From the human T2T-CHM13v2.0 reference genome, Homo sapiens: DNA of 64,000 nt. The stretch's first letter is position 1. Each line of letters starts with the position of its first letter. This document shows positions 42,425 to 55,732 of the stretch, piece after piece. The DNA lies in assembly GCF_009914755.1 (NCBI RefSeq), contig NC_060926.1. One strand, 5' to 3'. The translations under genes and the position numbers were made by a program. The notes below the pieces were generated by a model. The model had not been told where the DNA came from. It saw only the letters and a list, made by a program, of their open reading frames with translations, and did not search any database.

Positions 42425-43611
42425 TGAAAGGGTAAAGAAATTATGGTACATTTTTCTTTGTATTCTATTATAGTGGTATAATAGAATACCACTCAGAAAT
42501 AAAAAGAAGAAACTACTGATATATAAAACAACAAGGATGAGTCTCAAACAGTATGCTGAGTGAAAGAAGCCAGACACAGAATCATAAATATTGGATGATT
42601 CCATTTATATAAAGCTCTAGAGAAAGACAAATCTAACCAATAATGACAGAAAACAGATCAGTGGTTTCTTAGGGTTGGGGTGGGGAGAATTGACTGGGAT
42701 GGGATTAAAGGGTGACAAAAAAGTTCTATATCTTGACCATGGTGGAAGTCAAATGGGTGCATGCATTTGTCAAAACTCATCAAAATATACTTAAAATGGG
42801 AACTCCCTAATGAAAGTGGACTAAGAAACCTCAAGAAGTTCTCAGTCTAAAATTAAAAACTAGGAAAATAGGTTGTGTATAATGTATGAGAAAACTCAAA
42901 ATAATGATAGCTTTAAAACAGAAGGGTTAATCCTTTAACATATTTTATTGATTCTAAGACACCTTTTTTCCACACTTTAACATTTCAGAGATCAGAATAA
43001 CTTCACAGTTCATGCAATAAGAAAGTATTGTATGAGTTTGATTGGCAGTGTTTTTTTAATGATACATAAATAGTGCATCTTAAGAATCAATAAAATGCAG
43101 TAAAATTAGTCTACAGATTAATTATTCCAGAACTGTTATAACAGCTCCACAAAGTCACCAGAGACCCAGGCTCCTTTCTATTATTTTATCTTCTCCATTC
43201 TCAGCCCTGGCTTCCATTTTCAAAGCAATCTCATGGTCCCAGATGGCTGGTGGAACCCCAATCATAACTATCCATTTCCCAGGCAGCAGGAAGAAAGAAG
43301 AGCGGGAAAGCAAACAGAGCCTTTAAGGTGACTTTCCTGAGTCCCTCTCAACAATTCTACAACTTCATCAGGTGGATAAGTTAATCTTTTATTTTACTTG
43401 TAGCTATTGTAAATGGTTTTACTTTCTTGATTTCTTCTCTAGATTGTATGCTGTTGGCATATAGAAATGCTACTGATTTTTGTATGTTGATTTTGTATCC
43501 TGCAACTTACTGAATTTATCAGTTTTAGTAGTTTTTTTGGTGGACTTCTTCCTTTCCAATGTGGATGCCCTTTATTTCTTTTGCTATTTTTACAAATTTG
43601 CCCTGAAAAAG

Positions 43612-44022
43612 TTTTATTTCTTCTTCTTTTTAAACATTTTAAGTTCAGGGGTACAAATGCAGGTATGTTACATAGGTAAACTTGTGTCATGGGGGTTTGT
43701 GTCCAGATTGTTTCATCAGCCAGGTATTAAGCCTAGTATCCATTAGTTGTTTTTCCTGATCCTCTCCCTCCTCCCACCCTCCATCCTCCAAAAGGCCCCA
43801 GTGTGTGTTGTTCCCCTCTATGTATTCATGTTTTCTCATCATTTAGCTCCCACTTATAAGTGAGAACATGCGGTATTTGGTTTTCTGTTCCTGAGTTAGC
43901 TAAGGATAATGGCCTCCAGCTCCATCCATGTCCCTCCAATGGACATGCAATGGACATCTCATCTTTTATATGGCTGCATAGTATTCCATGGTGTATATGT
44001 ACCACATTTTCTTTATCCAGTC
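43612..44022 (-). mobile_element. L1PA 3' end fragment
   Basis: ttttaagttcaggggtacaaatgcagg...gtaccacattttctttatccagtct. Confidence 0.85.
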
Positions 44023-44029
44023 TGAAAAG

Positions 44030-45650
44030 ATACTCTTTTCAATAAGTAGTGTTGGAACAGTTAGATATTTAGATGCAAAAAAAGTAAGCCTTAACATGAA
44101 ACTTCATGCTTTATAAAAAAATTACTAAAGGGAATATAGATCTAAATGAACAATATAAAATATAACCTTCTTAGAAGAAAACATAGAAAACCTTATGATT
44201 TGGGTTTGGGTAAAGAGTTCTTAGACATGACACCAAATGCATGACCCACAAAATAAAAAAGTGGTAAACTGAAATTCGTCAAAATTAAAAAACTTTTGTT
44301 CTGAGAAATCAACTGTTAAAAGAATGAACTAGCTACAGTGAGAAAATATTTGCAAACCACATATCTAACAATGGACTTGTATCTATAGCGGAACAGCTCT
44401 GCAGCGGCTGACAACCTTGCATAGGCCACATAAGCAAGGCTTGAATGGCAGCTGAATCTTGGCAGAATGCTTTGTGATCCTCCTGGAATAGGAAAGCATG
44501 GGGGCTTGTGAGGTAGTGCTACATGCCATTGCTTACTGGCTTCCCTGTATACCAAGGAGGCTGCCAAAGACCCTTTGTCATTATCTCATGGTTTCTGATG
44601 AGGTACAAGGCTTCCTGTCTTGCTACCCTTAAGGCACAAATGCAGCTATTAAAAAAAACTGCTTAGCAGTATCATGGAAATGGGCTCCTCAGCAACAGGG
44701 AATCCTATCATTCTTGTTGTGGTCATGTGGCTTCTTTTGTTTCACTGTCTCCCTATACAAAGGTAACGAAGAGCTGGATCCTTTAGCTACTCTTCTTTTT
44801 ACTCTCTATGTAAGCAATAAACTGAGTCTAAAAAGGTCTTGTTTTTTTGCAGCTGAATCTGTTAGCCTAGCTTTGCCTTGTACTTGACAGTATCCAGAAT
44901 ATATAAAGAATTTTCAAAACTCACCATAAAGAAAACAAACAACACAATTAAAAAATGGGCAAAAGAAAGGTAATATGTGAAAGGCAAGTAAGCACATGAT
45001 ATATTGTTCTGCATGATTAGACATAAAGGAAATTCAAATTAAAACCGTGGTGACATGCTACTACATACCTATTAGAATGGCAAAAATTAAAAAAACAAAG
45101 TGCTGGAGAAGATTCAAAGTAACTGGAACTCTTACATTGCTGGTTGGTCAGCAAAGTGGTACAGGCACTTTGGAAAAACAGTTTGGCAGTTTCTTATAAG
45201 TTTAAACACACACTTACCATGTGACACAACAAGTCCTCTCCAGGATATTTAACCTTAACAAGATATTAAGATTTAATCTTAACCAACGTGTCTGTAAACA
45301 GGTGAATGAATAAACTGTGGTACATGCCTACAGTTAGCACCAAAAAAGGAAGAAGCTATTGACTCATGCAACATGGATGGATCATAAATATATTTTGCTA
45401 AGAGAAAGAAATTATTCTCGAAAGATAACATACTATAGTAATAGGTGTGGAGAGGGTGTGACTATAAAGGGCAGAATTTTTTGAGGTGAAAAGACTGTTG
45501 AGGGAGTTTTTTGGGGGTGATAAGACTGTTCTGTATATCCTAACTGTGGTGGTGATCACATCAATCTATAAATGCTAAAACTCTCAGAACCAAAAAAGGC
45601 AATTTTACTGTTACGTATGAATACCAAAAAAGGGAAAATATGCTATATGT
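44030..45650 (+). mobile_element. L1M ORF2 end/3' UTR fragment interrupted by an LTR
   Basis: gagaaaatatttgcaaaccacatatct..., gaaaaacagtttggcagtttcttat. Confidence 0.75.
44384..44889 (+). mobile_element. Solo LTR (ERV-type, 5-bp TSD)
   Basis: Flanked by GTATC on both sides (44379-44383, 44890-44894); ends in ACA with AATAAA at ~44816. Removing it restores the L1 sequence ggacttgtatccagaatatataaagaa. Confidence 0.75.
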
Positions 45651-46924
45651 TAACTTTTAAAATGAAATTTATAAAGAGAAAGGAAAAAGAGAAAAGGGAG
45701 GACTGCTATTTAAAAAAGGAGAGAGACAGAGAGAGAGAGACCAAATACAATTTGTGGACCTTGTTCAGATCCTTATTTGAATAAACTAACTATAAAAGGC
45801 ATTTTTGATGCAGTCAAGGAAAATGTAATGTGAACTTGGACTTATATATTAAATTTAGGTTTTTTAAAGTATGATAATAACCTTGTGGCCATGTAAAAAT
45901 ATCTTCACCAGTTAGATACATATTCTGAAATACATTTGTGTTTGTGAAGTAGCATTAAATCTGGGATTTGCCCTATAATATGTGAGGAAAAAAGTGGAGG
46001 AGATTGGCAAATGTTGAAGCTGGAGGTTCATTATATTGTACTCTATTTTTTAGTAAGTTTGAAGTTTTCCATAAGTTTTTTCTTAAAAATGACATTTTAA
46101 AAATTATAGTAGAATTTCTTTTCCTCATTTATTGTAAAGCAGCAGACATAGACCTACAGTTGGTTTCAATCTCAGTGTCAAATCTTTCCAATGACTCCAA
46201 ATAAATAAATGCTGTGTGTGCCAAAAATAATACTGACATGAGAAAAATTCTGCTAGAAATCTTATACTTTGAGTAATAAACTACTAGAATTACTAGATTA
46301 GTAAAAATTTGAAGAGTTAGATTTTAAAATAGCAAATCAAAACAGTTTTCAATGACACCATCAAAGAAACAAAGGGCAAGAGTAATTTTAAAGCAATCAT
46401 GATCCTAAAACTCTTAGCCAAAAAACAAAATTACTCAGGCTTTTAAACTCTCATTTATATTTACACAATGTTTCTTTCTTGCTGTGTTGGTCCAGCCTGT
46501 TCTTTTAAGCATTATTATTATTTATCATTTCTTGAGCACTCAGCACTGCATGAGATACAGATAAGTTCCCTCCCTAGGAGACAACAATCAAAGCCACACA
46601 AGCAAAACATAAAGATAAGCTGTTTAAGAAATGAAAACCAAATGAAAGATTAAGAAGCACATTGTGAATTCCCTTTTTTTGTTTGTTTCAGCTTTAAGCC
46701 CATGATACAAAACATGCTTCTTTTGGGGGTGTAAAACAAGACTGTAGTTGTTAAGATAAAGCCACTGGCTTAGAATAGAAAATATCCCAGAGATCATTGT
46801 AAGAAAACATCCTACCTTAGAAATCTTTTCACTTTCTGCTATACATAAATTACTAGAAACTATTCCTAGCTCTAGAGGACTGTAATCACTATGTATGTGT
46901 GCACGTGTGTGTGTGAGAAAGAGG

Positions 46925-47350
46925 AATAGAAGGAGAGAGATTTAGGTCTGCCCAGCAGCCTTTTTTGTTCCCTTTCTTTTGATAATACCACACTGCTTCA
47001 GAGACTGCTTCTCCCAGTCCACATATTCCTGATGGAACTGTCAATCATAGTCCATTTCTTCCCTACCTTATAATGACAGATGCAGGCCTGAAGCAGCACA
47101 AGGTGATTTTTACAGGGCTCATAATGAAGGTCTTCTACAGGGTTCATTAGGCCAATTTGCAAAGAAAAGTAGTAATAAATGGATATAGCATAAATGCTGG
47201 CAGTTCTAAGCTCCAGAATCAGGCCCTTGAAACTCCAGTTCCTACAGGTCTTTATATGAGCTGCTCTGCAATACTTTTAAGCAACTAAACTTAAGTTCTT
47301 GCCTAGGGTGGTTTCAGTTGGGTTTCTTTTGTCATTTGCACCTGACAAAA
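46925..47350 (+). mobile_element. Degraded MLT1-type LTR
   Basis: ttgttccctttcttttgataatacca...gtttcagttgggtttcttttgtcatttgca. Confidence 0.45.
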
Positions 47351-47751
47351 TCTTGGGAAGGTAAACAACATACCCAAGGTTGAGCGGCTCCTAAATGGCA
47401 GTCATTCAAACCTAACTCTGTCCATCTCTACACAACAGACTTTTCCTACTGTGCTAATTTACTTTTTAAACCTACAGATGTTTCATTCCTAAAATCTAGT
47501 TTTCTTCAAGATTGGGAATGGAAGGAAAAGAGGCTGCAGTGAAGTGGGGCAGTGTGGAAGGGGTCCGTCTAGTCCTCTGTCACTTTCTGGCAGTAGGAGA
47601 AAAGTGAAAGCCACAAATACAGTAAAATCTAATAAAAAATTATATTAATCCACTTTGCATATGAGAAAGATCCTAAGCTGGCAACTATACAAACTTCTGC
47701 CTAAGAGCAAATCAAAGCTGTATAGTTCTAGGAAAGAATGGTATAGGTATA

Positions 47752-50700
47752 GGGTGATTTCTGCATTTCCAACTGAGGTACCCAACTCATCTCACTGGGA
47801 CTCGTTAGACAGTGGGTGCAGCCCATGGAAGGTGAGCCAAAACAGGGTGGGGTGTTGCCTCACCCAGGAAGTGCAAGGGGTCAGGGAACTCCCTCCCCTA
47901 GCCAAGGGAAGCCAGGAGGGACTGTACTGTGAGGAACTGTACATTCTGGCCCAGATACTACATTTTCCCCATGGTCTTTGCAACCTGCAGACCAGGAGAT
48001 TCCCTCGGATGCCTACACCACCAGGGCCCTGGGTTTCAAGCACAAAACTGGGCAGCCATTTGGGCAGACACTGAGCTATCTGCAGTTTTTTTTTTTTTTC
48101 ACACCCCAGTGGTGCCTGAAACACCAGCAGGACAGAACCGTTCACTCCCCTGGAAAAGAGGCTGAAGCCAGGAAGCCAAGTGGTCTAGCTCAGCAGATCC
48201 CACCCCCACAGAGCCCAGCAAGCTAAGATCCACTGGCTTGAAATTCTCACTCCCAGCACAGCAGTCTGAAGTCAACCTGGATGCTCGAGCTTGGTCGGGG
48301 GAGGGGCATTCGCCATTACTGAGGCTTGAGTAGGCGGTTTCCCCCTCACAGTGTAAACAAAGCCACCTGGAAGTTTGAACTAGGCAGAGCCGACCGCAGC
48401 TCTGCAAAGCTGCTGTAGCCAGACTGCCTCTCTAGATTCCTCCTCTCTGGGCAGGCCATCTCTGAAAGAAAGGCAGCAGCCCCAGTCGTGTTTATAGATA
48501 AAACTCCCATCTCGCTGGGACAGAGCACCTGGAATAAGGGGTGGCTGGGAGCGCAGCGTCAACAGACTTAAACATTCCTGCCTGCTGGCTGTGAAGAGAG
48601 CAGTGAATCTCCCAGCACAGTGCTCAAGCTCTGCTAAGGGACAGACCGCCTCCTCAAGTGGGTACCTGACCCCGCTGCCTCCTGACTGGGAGACACCCCC
48701 CAGCAGGGGTCGACAAACACCTCATACAGGAGAGCTCTGGCTAGCATCTGGCAGGTGCCCCTCTGGGACAAAGCTTCCACAGGAAGGAACAGGCAGCAAT
48801 CTTTGCTATGCTGCAGCCTTCGATGGTGATACCCAGGCAAACAGGGTCTGGAGTGGACCTCCAGCAAACTCCAGGAGACCTGCAGCAGAGGGGTCTGTTA
48901 GAAGGAAAACTAACAAACAGAAAGGAATAGCATCAACATCAACAAAAAGGACGTCCACACAGAAACCCCAATCAAAGTTCAACAACATCAAAGACCAAAG
49001 GTAGATAAATCCATGAAGATAAGGAAAAACCAGCACAAAAAGGCTGAAAATTCCAAACACCAGAACGTCAATTCTCCTCCAAAGGATCACAACTCCTTGC
49101 CAGCAAGGGAACAAAACTGGACAGAGAATGGGTTTGAGGAATTGACAGAACTAGACTTCAGAAGGTGGGTAATAACAAATTTCTCCAAGCTAAAGGAGCA
49201 TGTTCTAACCCAATGCAAGGAAGCTAAGAATCTTGAAAAAAAGGTTAGAAGCATTGCTAACTAGAATAACCAGTTTAGAGAAGAACATAAATAGCCTGAT
49301 GGAGCTGAAAAATACAGCACCAGAACTTAGTGAAGCATACACAAGTATCAATAGCCGAATCAATCAAGCAGAAGAAAGGATATCAGAGATTAAAGATCAA
49401 CTTAATGAAATAAAGCATGAAGACAAGATTAGAGAAAAAGTAATGAAAAGGAATGAATAAAGCCTCCAAGAGATATGGGACTATGTGAAAGGACCAAATC
49501 TACATTTGATTGGTGTACCTGAAAGTGATGGGGAGAATGGAACCAAGTTGGAAAATACTCTTCAGGGTATTATCCAGGAGAACTTCCCCAACCTAGCAAG
49601 ATAGGTCAACATTCAAATTCAGAAAATACAGAGAACACCACAAAGATACTCCTCAAGAAGAGCAACCCCAAGACACATAATCATCAGAATCACCAAGGTT
49701 GAAATGAAGGAAAAAATGTTAAGGGCAGCCAGAGAGAAAGGTCGGTTTACCCACAAAGGGAAGCCTATCAGATTAACAGCAGATCTCCCTGCAGAAACCC
49801 TACAAGCCAGAAGAGAATGGGGGCCAATATTCAACATTCTTAAAGAAAAGAATTTTCAACCCAGAATTTCATATCCAGTCAAACTAAGCTTCATAAGCAA
49901 AGGAGAAATAAAATCCTTTACAGACAAGCAAATGCTGAGAGATTTTGTCATCACCAGGCCTGCATTACAAGAGCTCCTGAAGGAAGCACTAAATATGGAA
50001 AGGAACAACCAGTACCAGCCACTGCAAAGACGTACTAAATTGTAAAGGCCACTGATACTATGAAGAAAATGCATCAACTAACGGGTAAAATAACCAGCTA
50101 GCCTCATAATGACAGGATCAAATTCAGACATAACAATATTAACCTTAAATGTAAATGGGCTAAATGCCCCAATTAAAAGACACAGACTGGCAAATTGGAT
50201 AAAGAGTCAAGACCCATTGGTGTGCTATATTCAGGAGACCTATCTCTTGTGCAAAACACACATAGGCTCAAAATAAAGGGATGGAAGAATATCTACCAAG
50301 CAAATGGAGAACCAAAAAAAAGCAGGGGTTTCAATCCTAGTCTCTCTAAAAACAGACTTTAAACCAACAAAGATCAAAAAAGACAAAGAAGGGCATTACA
50401 GGGATCAATGCAACAAGAAACACTAACTATCCTAAATATATATGCACCCAATACAGGAGCACCCAGATTCATAAAGAAAGTTCTTAGAGGCCTACAAAGA
50501 GAATTAGACTCCCACACAATAATAGTGGGAGACTTTAACACCCCACTGTGAATATTAGATCAATGAGACAGAAAATTAAGAAGATATTCAGGATTTGAAC
50601 TCAGCTCTGGACCAAGTGAGCCTAATAGACATCTACAGAACTCTCCACCCCAAATCAACAGAATATACATTCTTCTCAGCACCACATTGCACTTATTCTA

Positions 50701-51660
50701 AAATTGACCACATAATTGGAAGTAAAGCACTCCTCAGCAAATGCAAAAGAACAGAAACCACAACAAACAGTCTCTCAGACCACAGTACAATCAAATTAGA
50801 ACTCAGGATTAAGAAACTCACTCAAAACCGCACAACTACATGGAAACTGAACACCACCTGCTCCTGAATGACTACTGGCTAAATAATGAAATTAAGGCAG
50901 AAATCAAGATGTTCTTTGAAATGAATGAGAGCAAAGAGACAATGTACCAGAATCTCTGGGACTCAGCTAAAGCAGTATTTAGAGGGAAATTAATAGCACT
51001 AAATGCCCACAGGAGAAAGCAGGAAAGATCTAAAATCAGCACCCTAACATCACAATTAAAATAACTAGAACAGCAAGAGCAAACAAATTCAAAAGCTAGC
51101 AGAAGACAAGAAATATCTAAGATCAGAGCAGAACTGAAGGAGTTAGAAACATGAAAAAGCCTTCAAAAAATCAATGAATCCAGAGGCTGTTTTTTTGAAA
51201 AGATTAACAAAATAGATAGACTGATAGCCAGTCTAATAAAGAAGAAATGAGAGAAGAATCAAATAGACATGATAAAAAACTGATAAAGTGGATATCACCA
51301 CTGATCCCACAAAAATACAAACTACCACCAGAGAATACTGTAAACATCTCTATGCAAATAAACTAGAAAATCTAGAAGAAATGGATAAATTCCTGGACAA
51401 ATACACCCTCCCAAGACTAAACAAGGAAGAGGTCCAATCCCTGAACAGACCAATAACAGGCTCTGAAATTGAGGCAGGAATTAATAGCCTACCAAGCAAA
51501 AAAAGCCCAGGACCACACAGATTCATAGCCATCTTCTGTTGCAGGTACAAAGAGGAGCTGGTACCATTCCTTCTGAAACTATTCCAAACAATAAAAAAAG
51601 AGGGAATCCTCCCTAACTCATTTCATGAGGCCAGCATCATCCTGATACCAAAACCTGGCA

Positions 51661-51708
<48 letters not shown>

Positions 51709-54145
51709 CATTCAGGCCAATATCCCTGATGAAAATCGATGCAAAAATCCTCAATAAAATACTGGCAAAGCATATCCAGCAGCACCTCGAAAAGCTTATC
51801 CACCACGATCAAGTTGGCTTCATCCCTGGAATGCAAGGCTGGTTCAACATACACAAATGAATACACTTAATCCATCACATAAACAGAACCAATGACAAAA
51901 ACCACATGATTATCTCAATAGATGCAGAAAAGGCCTCCGATAAAAATCAGCACCCCTTCATGGTAAAAACTCTCAATAAACTAGGTATTGATGGAATGTA
52001 TCTCAAAATAATAAGAGCTATTTATGACAAACCCACAGCCAATATCATACTGAATGGGCAAAAACTGGAAGCACTCCCTTTGAAAACTGGCACAAGATAA
52101 GGATGCCCTGTCTCACCACTCCTATTCCACATAGTATTGGAAGTTCTGGCCTGGGCAGTCAGGCAAGAGAAAGAAATAAAGGTATTCAAATAAGAAGAGA
52201 GGAAGTCAGATTTTCTCTGCAGATGGCATGGTTGTATATTTAGAAAACCCCATCATCTCAGCCAAAAAAATCTCCTTAAGCTGATAAGTAACTTCAACAA
52301 AGTCTGAGGATACAAAATCAATGTGCAAAAACTACAAGCATTCTTATACACCAATAGTAGACAAACAGCCAAATCATGAATAAACTCCCGTTCACAATTG
52401 CTACAAAGAGAATAAAATACCTAGGAGTCCAACTCACAAGGGATGTGAAGGACCTCTTCAAGGAAAACTACAAACCGCTGCTCAAGGAAATCAGAGAGGA
52501 CACAAACAAATGGAAAAACATTCCATGCTCATGGATAGGAAGAATCAATATCGTGAAAATGGCCATAATGCCCAAAGTAATTTATAGATTCAGTGCTATC
52601 CCCATTAAGCTACCATTGACTTTCTTCACAGAATTAGAAAAAACTACTTTAAATTTCATATGGAACCACAAAAGAGACAATATAGCCAATTAAATCTTAA
52701 GCTAAAAGAGCAAAGCTAGAGGCATCATGCTACCTGACTTCAAACTATACTACAAGGCTACAGTAACCAAAACAGCATGATACTGGTACCAAAACAGATA
52801 TATAGACCAATGGAACAGAACAGAGGCCTCAGAAATTACCCCACACATCTACTACCATATGATCTTTGACAAACCTGACAAAAACAAGCAATGGGGAAAT
52901 GATTCCCTATTTAATAGTGTTGGGAAAACTGGCTAGCCATATGCAGAAAATTGAAACTGCACCCCTTCCTTATGACTTATACAAAAATTAACTCAAGATG
53001 GATTAAAGATGTAAATGTAAGATCTAAAAACCATAAAAACCCTAGAAGAAAACCTAGGCAATACCATTCAGGACATAGGCATGGGCCAAGACTTCATGAC
53101 TAAAACACCAAAAGCAACTGCAACAAAGCCAAAATTGACAAATGGGATCTAATTAAGCTAAAGAGCTTCTGCACATCAAAAGAAACTATCATCAGCGTGA
53201 ACAGGCAACCAACAGAATGGGAGAATATTTTTGCAATCTATCCATCTGATGAAGGGCTAATATCCAGAGTATACAAGGAATTTAAACAAATTTAGAAGAT
53301 AAAAAACAACTCCAACAAAAAGTGGGTGAGGGAGATGAACAGACACTTCTCAAAAGAAGACATTTATGTGGCCAACAAACATATGAAAAAAAGCTCATCA
53401 TCACTGGTCATTAGAGAAATGCAAATCTAAACCACAATAAGATACCATCTCACGCCAGTTAGAATACCAATCATTAAAACGTCAGAAAACAACAGATGCT
53501 GGAGAAGATGTTGAGAAATAGGAACGCTTTTACACTGTTGGTGGGGGTGTAAATTAGTTCAACCATTGTGGAAGACAGTGTGGCGATTCCTCAAGGATCT
53601 AGAACCAGAAATACCATTTGACCCAGCAATCTCATTACTGGGTATATACCCAAAGGATTATAAATCACTCTACTATAAAGACACATGCACACGTATGTTT
53701 ATTGCAGCACTGTTCACAATAGCAAAGACTTGGAACCAACACAAATGCCCATTAATGATAGACTGGATAAAGAAAATGTGGCACATATACACCATGGAAT
53801 ACTATGCAGCCATAAAAAGGATGCGTTCATGTTCTTTGTGGGGATATGGATGAAGCTGGAAACCATCATTCTCAGCAAACTAACACAGGAACAGAAAACC
53901 AAACACTGCATGTTCTCATTCATAAGTGAGAGTTGAAAAATGAGAACACATGGATACGGGGAAGGGAACATCACACACCAGGGCCTGTGGAGGGTAGGGG
54001 GGTAGGGGAGGGATAGCATTAGGAGAAAATACCCAATGTAGATGACGGGTTGATGGGTGCAGCAAACCACCATGGCATGTGTATACCTATGTAACAAACC
54101 TGCATGTTCTGCACATATATCCCAGAGCTTAAAGTATAATAAAAA
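47752..54145 (+). mobile_element. Near full-length primate L1 (L1PA6-8-like), ORF1 and ORF2 inactivated
   Basis: 5' UTR from gggtgatttctgcatttccaactgaggtacc. ORF1 remnants ~49013-50045 (KEKMLRAAREKG...). ORF2 from ATGACAGGATCAAAT ~50109 with EN/RT peptides broken by stops and frameshifts. 3' UTR ends cttaaagtataataaaaa. Candidate TSD aaaga(a/c)tggtat at 47733-47744 and 54454-54465. Confidence 0.95.
51663..51704. repeat. (CA)21 microsatellite inside L1 ORF2
   Basis: Direct count. Confidence 0.95.
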
Positions 54146-54449
<304 letters not shown>

Positions 54450-54599
54450 TTAAAAAGACTGGTATCAAAATATTTTTTCTTCCCTCTCCTCTCTCCAGTT
54501 GTAATGGTTGTATTAAAAAACAATGTTTAATATCAACAATACCAAATAAAATGTTTGTGTTCTAAGTTGAGTAAGAATACATCTGTTTCCATGTTAAAG

Positions 54600-55638
54600 C
54601 TACTTTAAATTAATGGTTTATTTTTTGTAATTACTTTTAAGTCTTAAATCAAATGTCATTTCCTCACTTTTGAATTTTAAATGCTTACTTTATTATTTAC
54701 ATTGCACTTATGCTTGAAATTATCTCTTTTACATATTTACTTCTTACCTTATTTTACTACTTATTTGTTTATTCACTTATTTTTTAGTGATCTTGCCAGT
54801 TTTGTTTGTCATCATTGTATTAACAGCCTGGTTTATAGAAGACATAAAGTAATTATTAAGTTAATAAATACATTAACTGTTGCAAAAGAAAAGCCATTGC
54901 TTTGATACCTATAAAATGTACCAATATCTTGAAATTAAAAATGATGGATTATTCTGTGTTCTCAGATGTCAGCAATTGACAGAACCAAGGCATTCCCTGG
55001 TCAGGGTTAGGCAAATACTTAGCTGAGTCCTAGGGGTTTCAAGGCAGTAAGGTATGATGGCTTCCAGCTTCAATGAAAGCAGTTCTCACTCAGCAGCGTT
55101 TCACAGAGATGTTCTGCATAAGCTTTTGTTTGAAGAAAGAGTTCCATTGCTTAAAAACGGGGTTGGAGTACAGTGGTAAAAACCACTGTTCTAGGGAATT
55201 TGGAGCAAATGGTAGCCGAAATGAGTTTACATGCTAAGTTATATTTACTTTTCCCTTTAAAAGTCAATGTGCTATCTTATTAATGTTTTTATACTATAGC
55301 GACATAAAATTATTTCTGCCTTGGTTTGAAGATTTGAATGATTTATGCTTTTTAGAATTTTAGAGATAAATGAAACACCTAGGCAAGATTCAGAAAACCG
55401 TTTACCTTTGGCTACATAAAAAACTGTAAGTTAAACCTTATATTGGAAAACTAGAATTTTGGCTTCAAAGATTTGTCCTTCCACTGTGTTAATCTTATAT
55501 TTATATTTTATTTCCTTCTCTATAGAGAGAGCAGGTAAAAACATGTTTAGTGTTTCCTCGCTTTCCAAGTTACATTTTATCTTGAGCAGATTTAAAACGA
55601 GATTAGCTGTAATAGGACTCCAGGATGTGGGCAGATGT
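54600..55638 (-). other. ACADL: ACADL 3' UTR (end approximate)
   Basis: Follows the stop codon. Minus-strand AATAAA hexamers at 55507-55512, 54768-54773, 54689-54694 and 54617-54622. Confidence 0.7.
54617..54773 (-). terminator. Cluster of distal poly(A) signals for ACADL
   Basis: Three TTTATT (AATAAA on minus) within ~160 bp, ~0.9-1.0 kb after the stop codon. Confidence 0.6.
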
Positions 55639-55732
55639 CTACTTGTCAAAGACAATCTCTCTTGCAATCAGCTCCTTCATTATTTCATTTGTACCACCAT
55701 AGATTGGCTGAACTCTGGCATCCACATAAGCT
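55639..55732 (-). CDS. ACADL: Long-chain acyl-CoA dehydrogenase, last coding exon (94 nt including TAG)
   Basis: Translates (K)AYVDARVQPIYGGTNEIMKELIAREIVFDK*. Acceptor ttatccag|A. The IYGGT motif (Gly where MCAD has its catalytic Glu) is typical of LCAD. Confidence 0.96.

Noticed and set aside
47792-48407. Minus-strand 117-aa and 102-aa ORFs as intact L1 ORF0
   Set aside because: ORF0-like peptides are split over frames; the homologous ATG at 48316 stops after 14 codons.
49013-53900. L1 ORF1/ORF2 pieces as an active retrotransposon or novel reverse-transcriptase system
   Set aside because: Ordinary primate LINE-1 with many stops and frameshifts; not competent and not novel.
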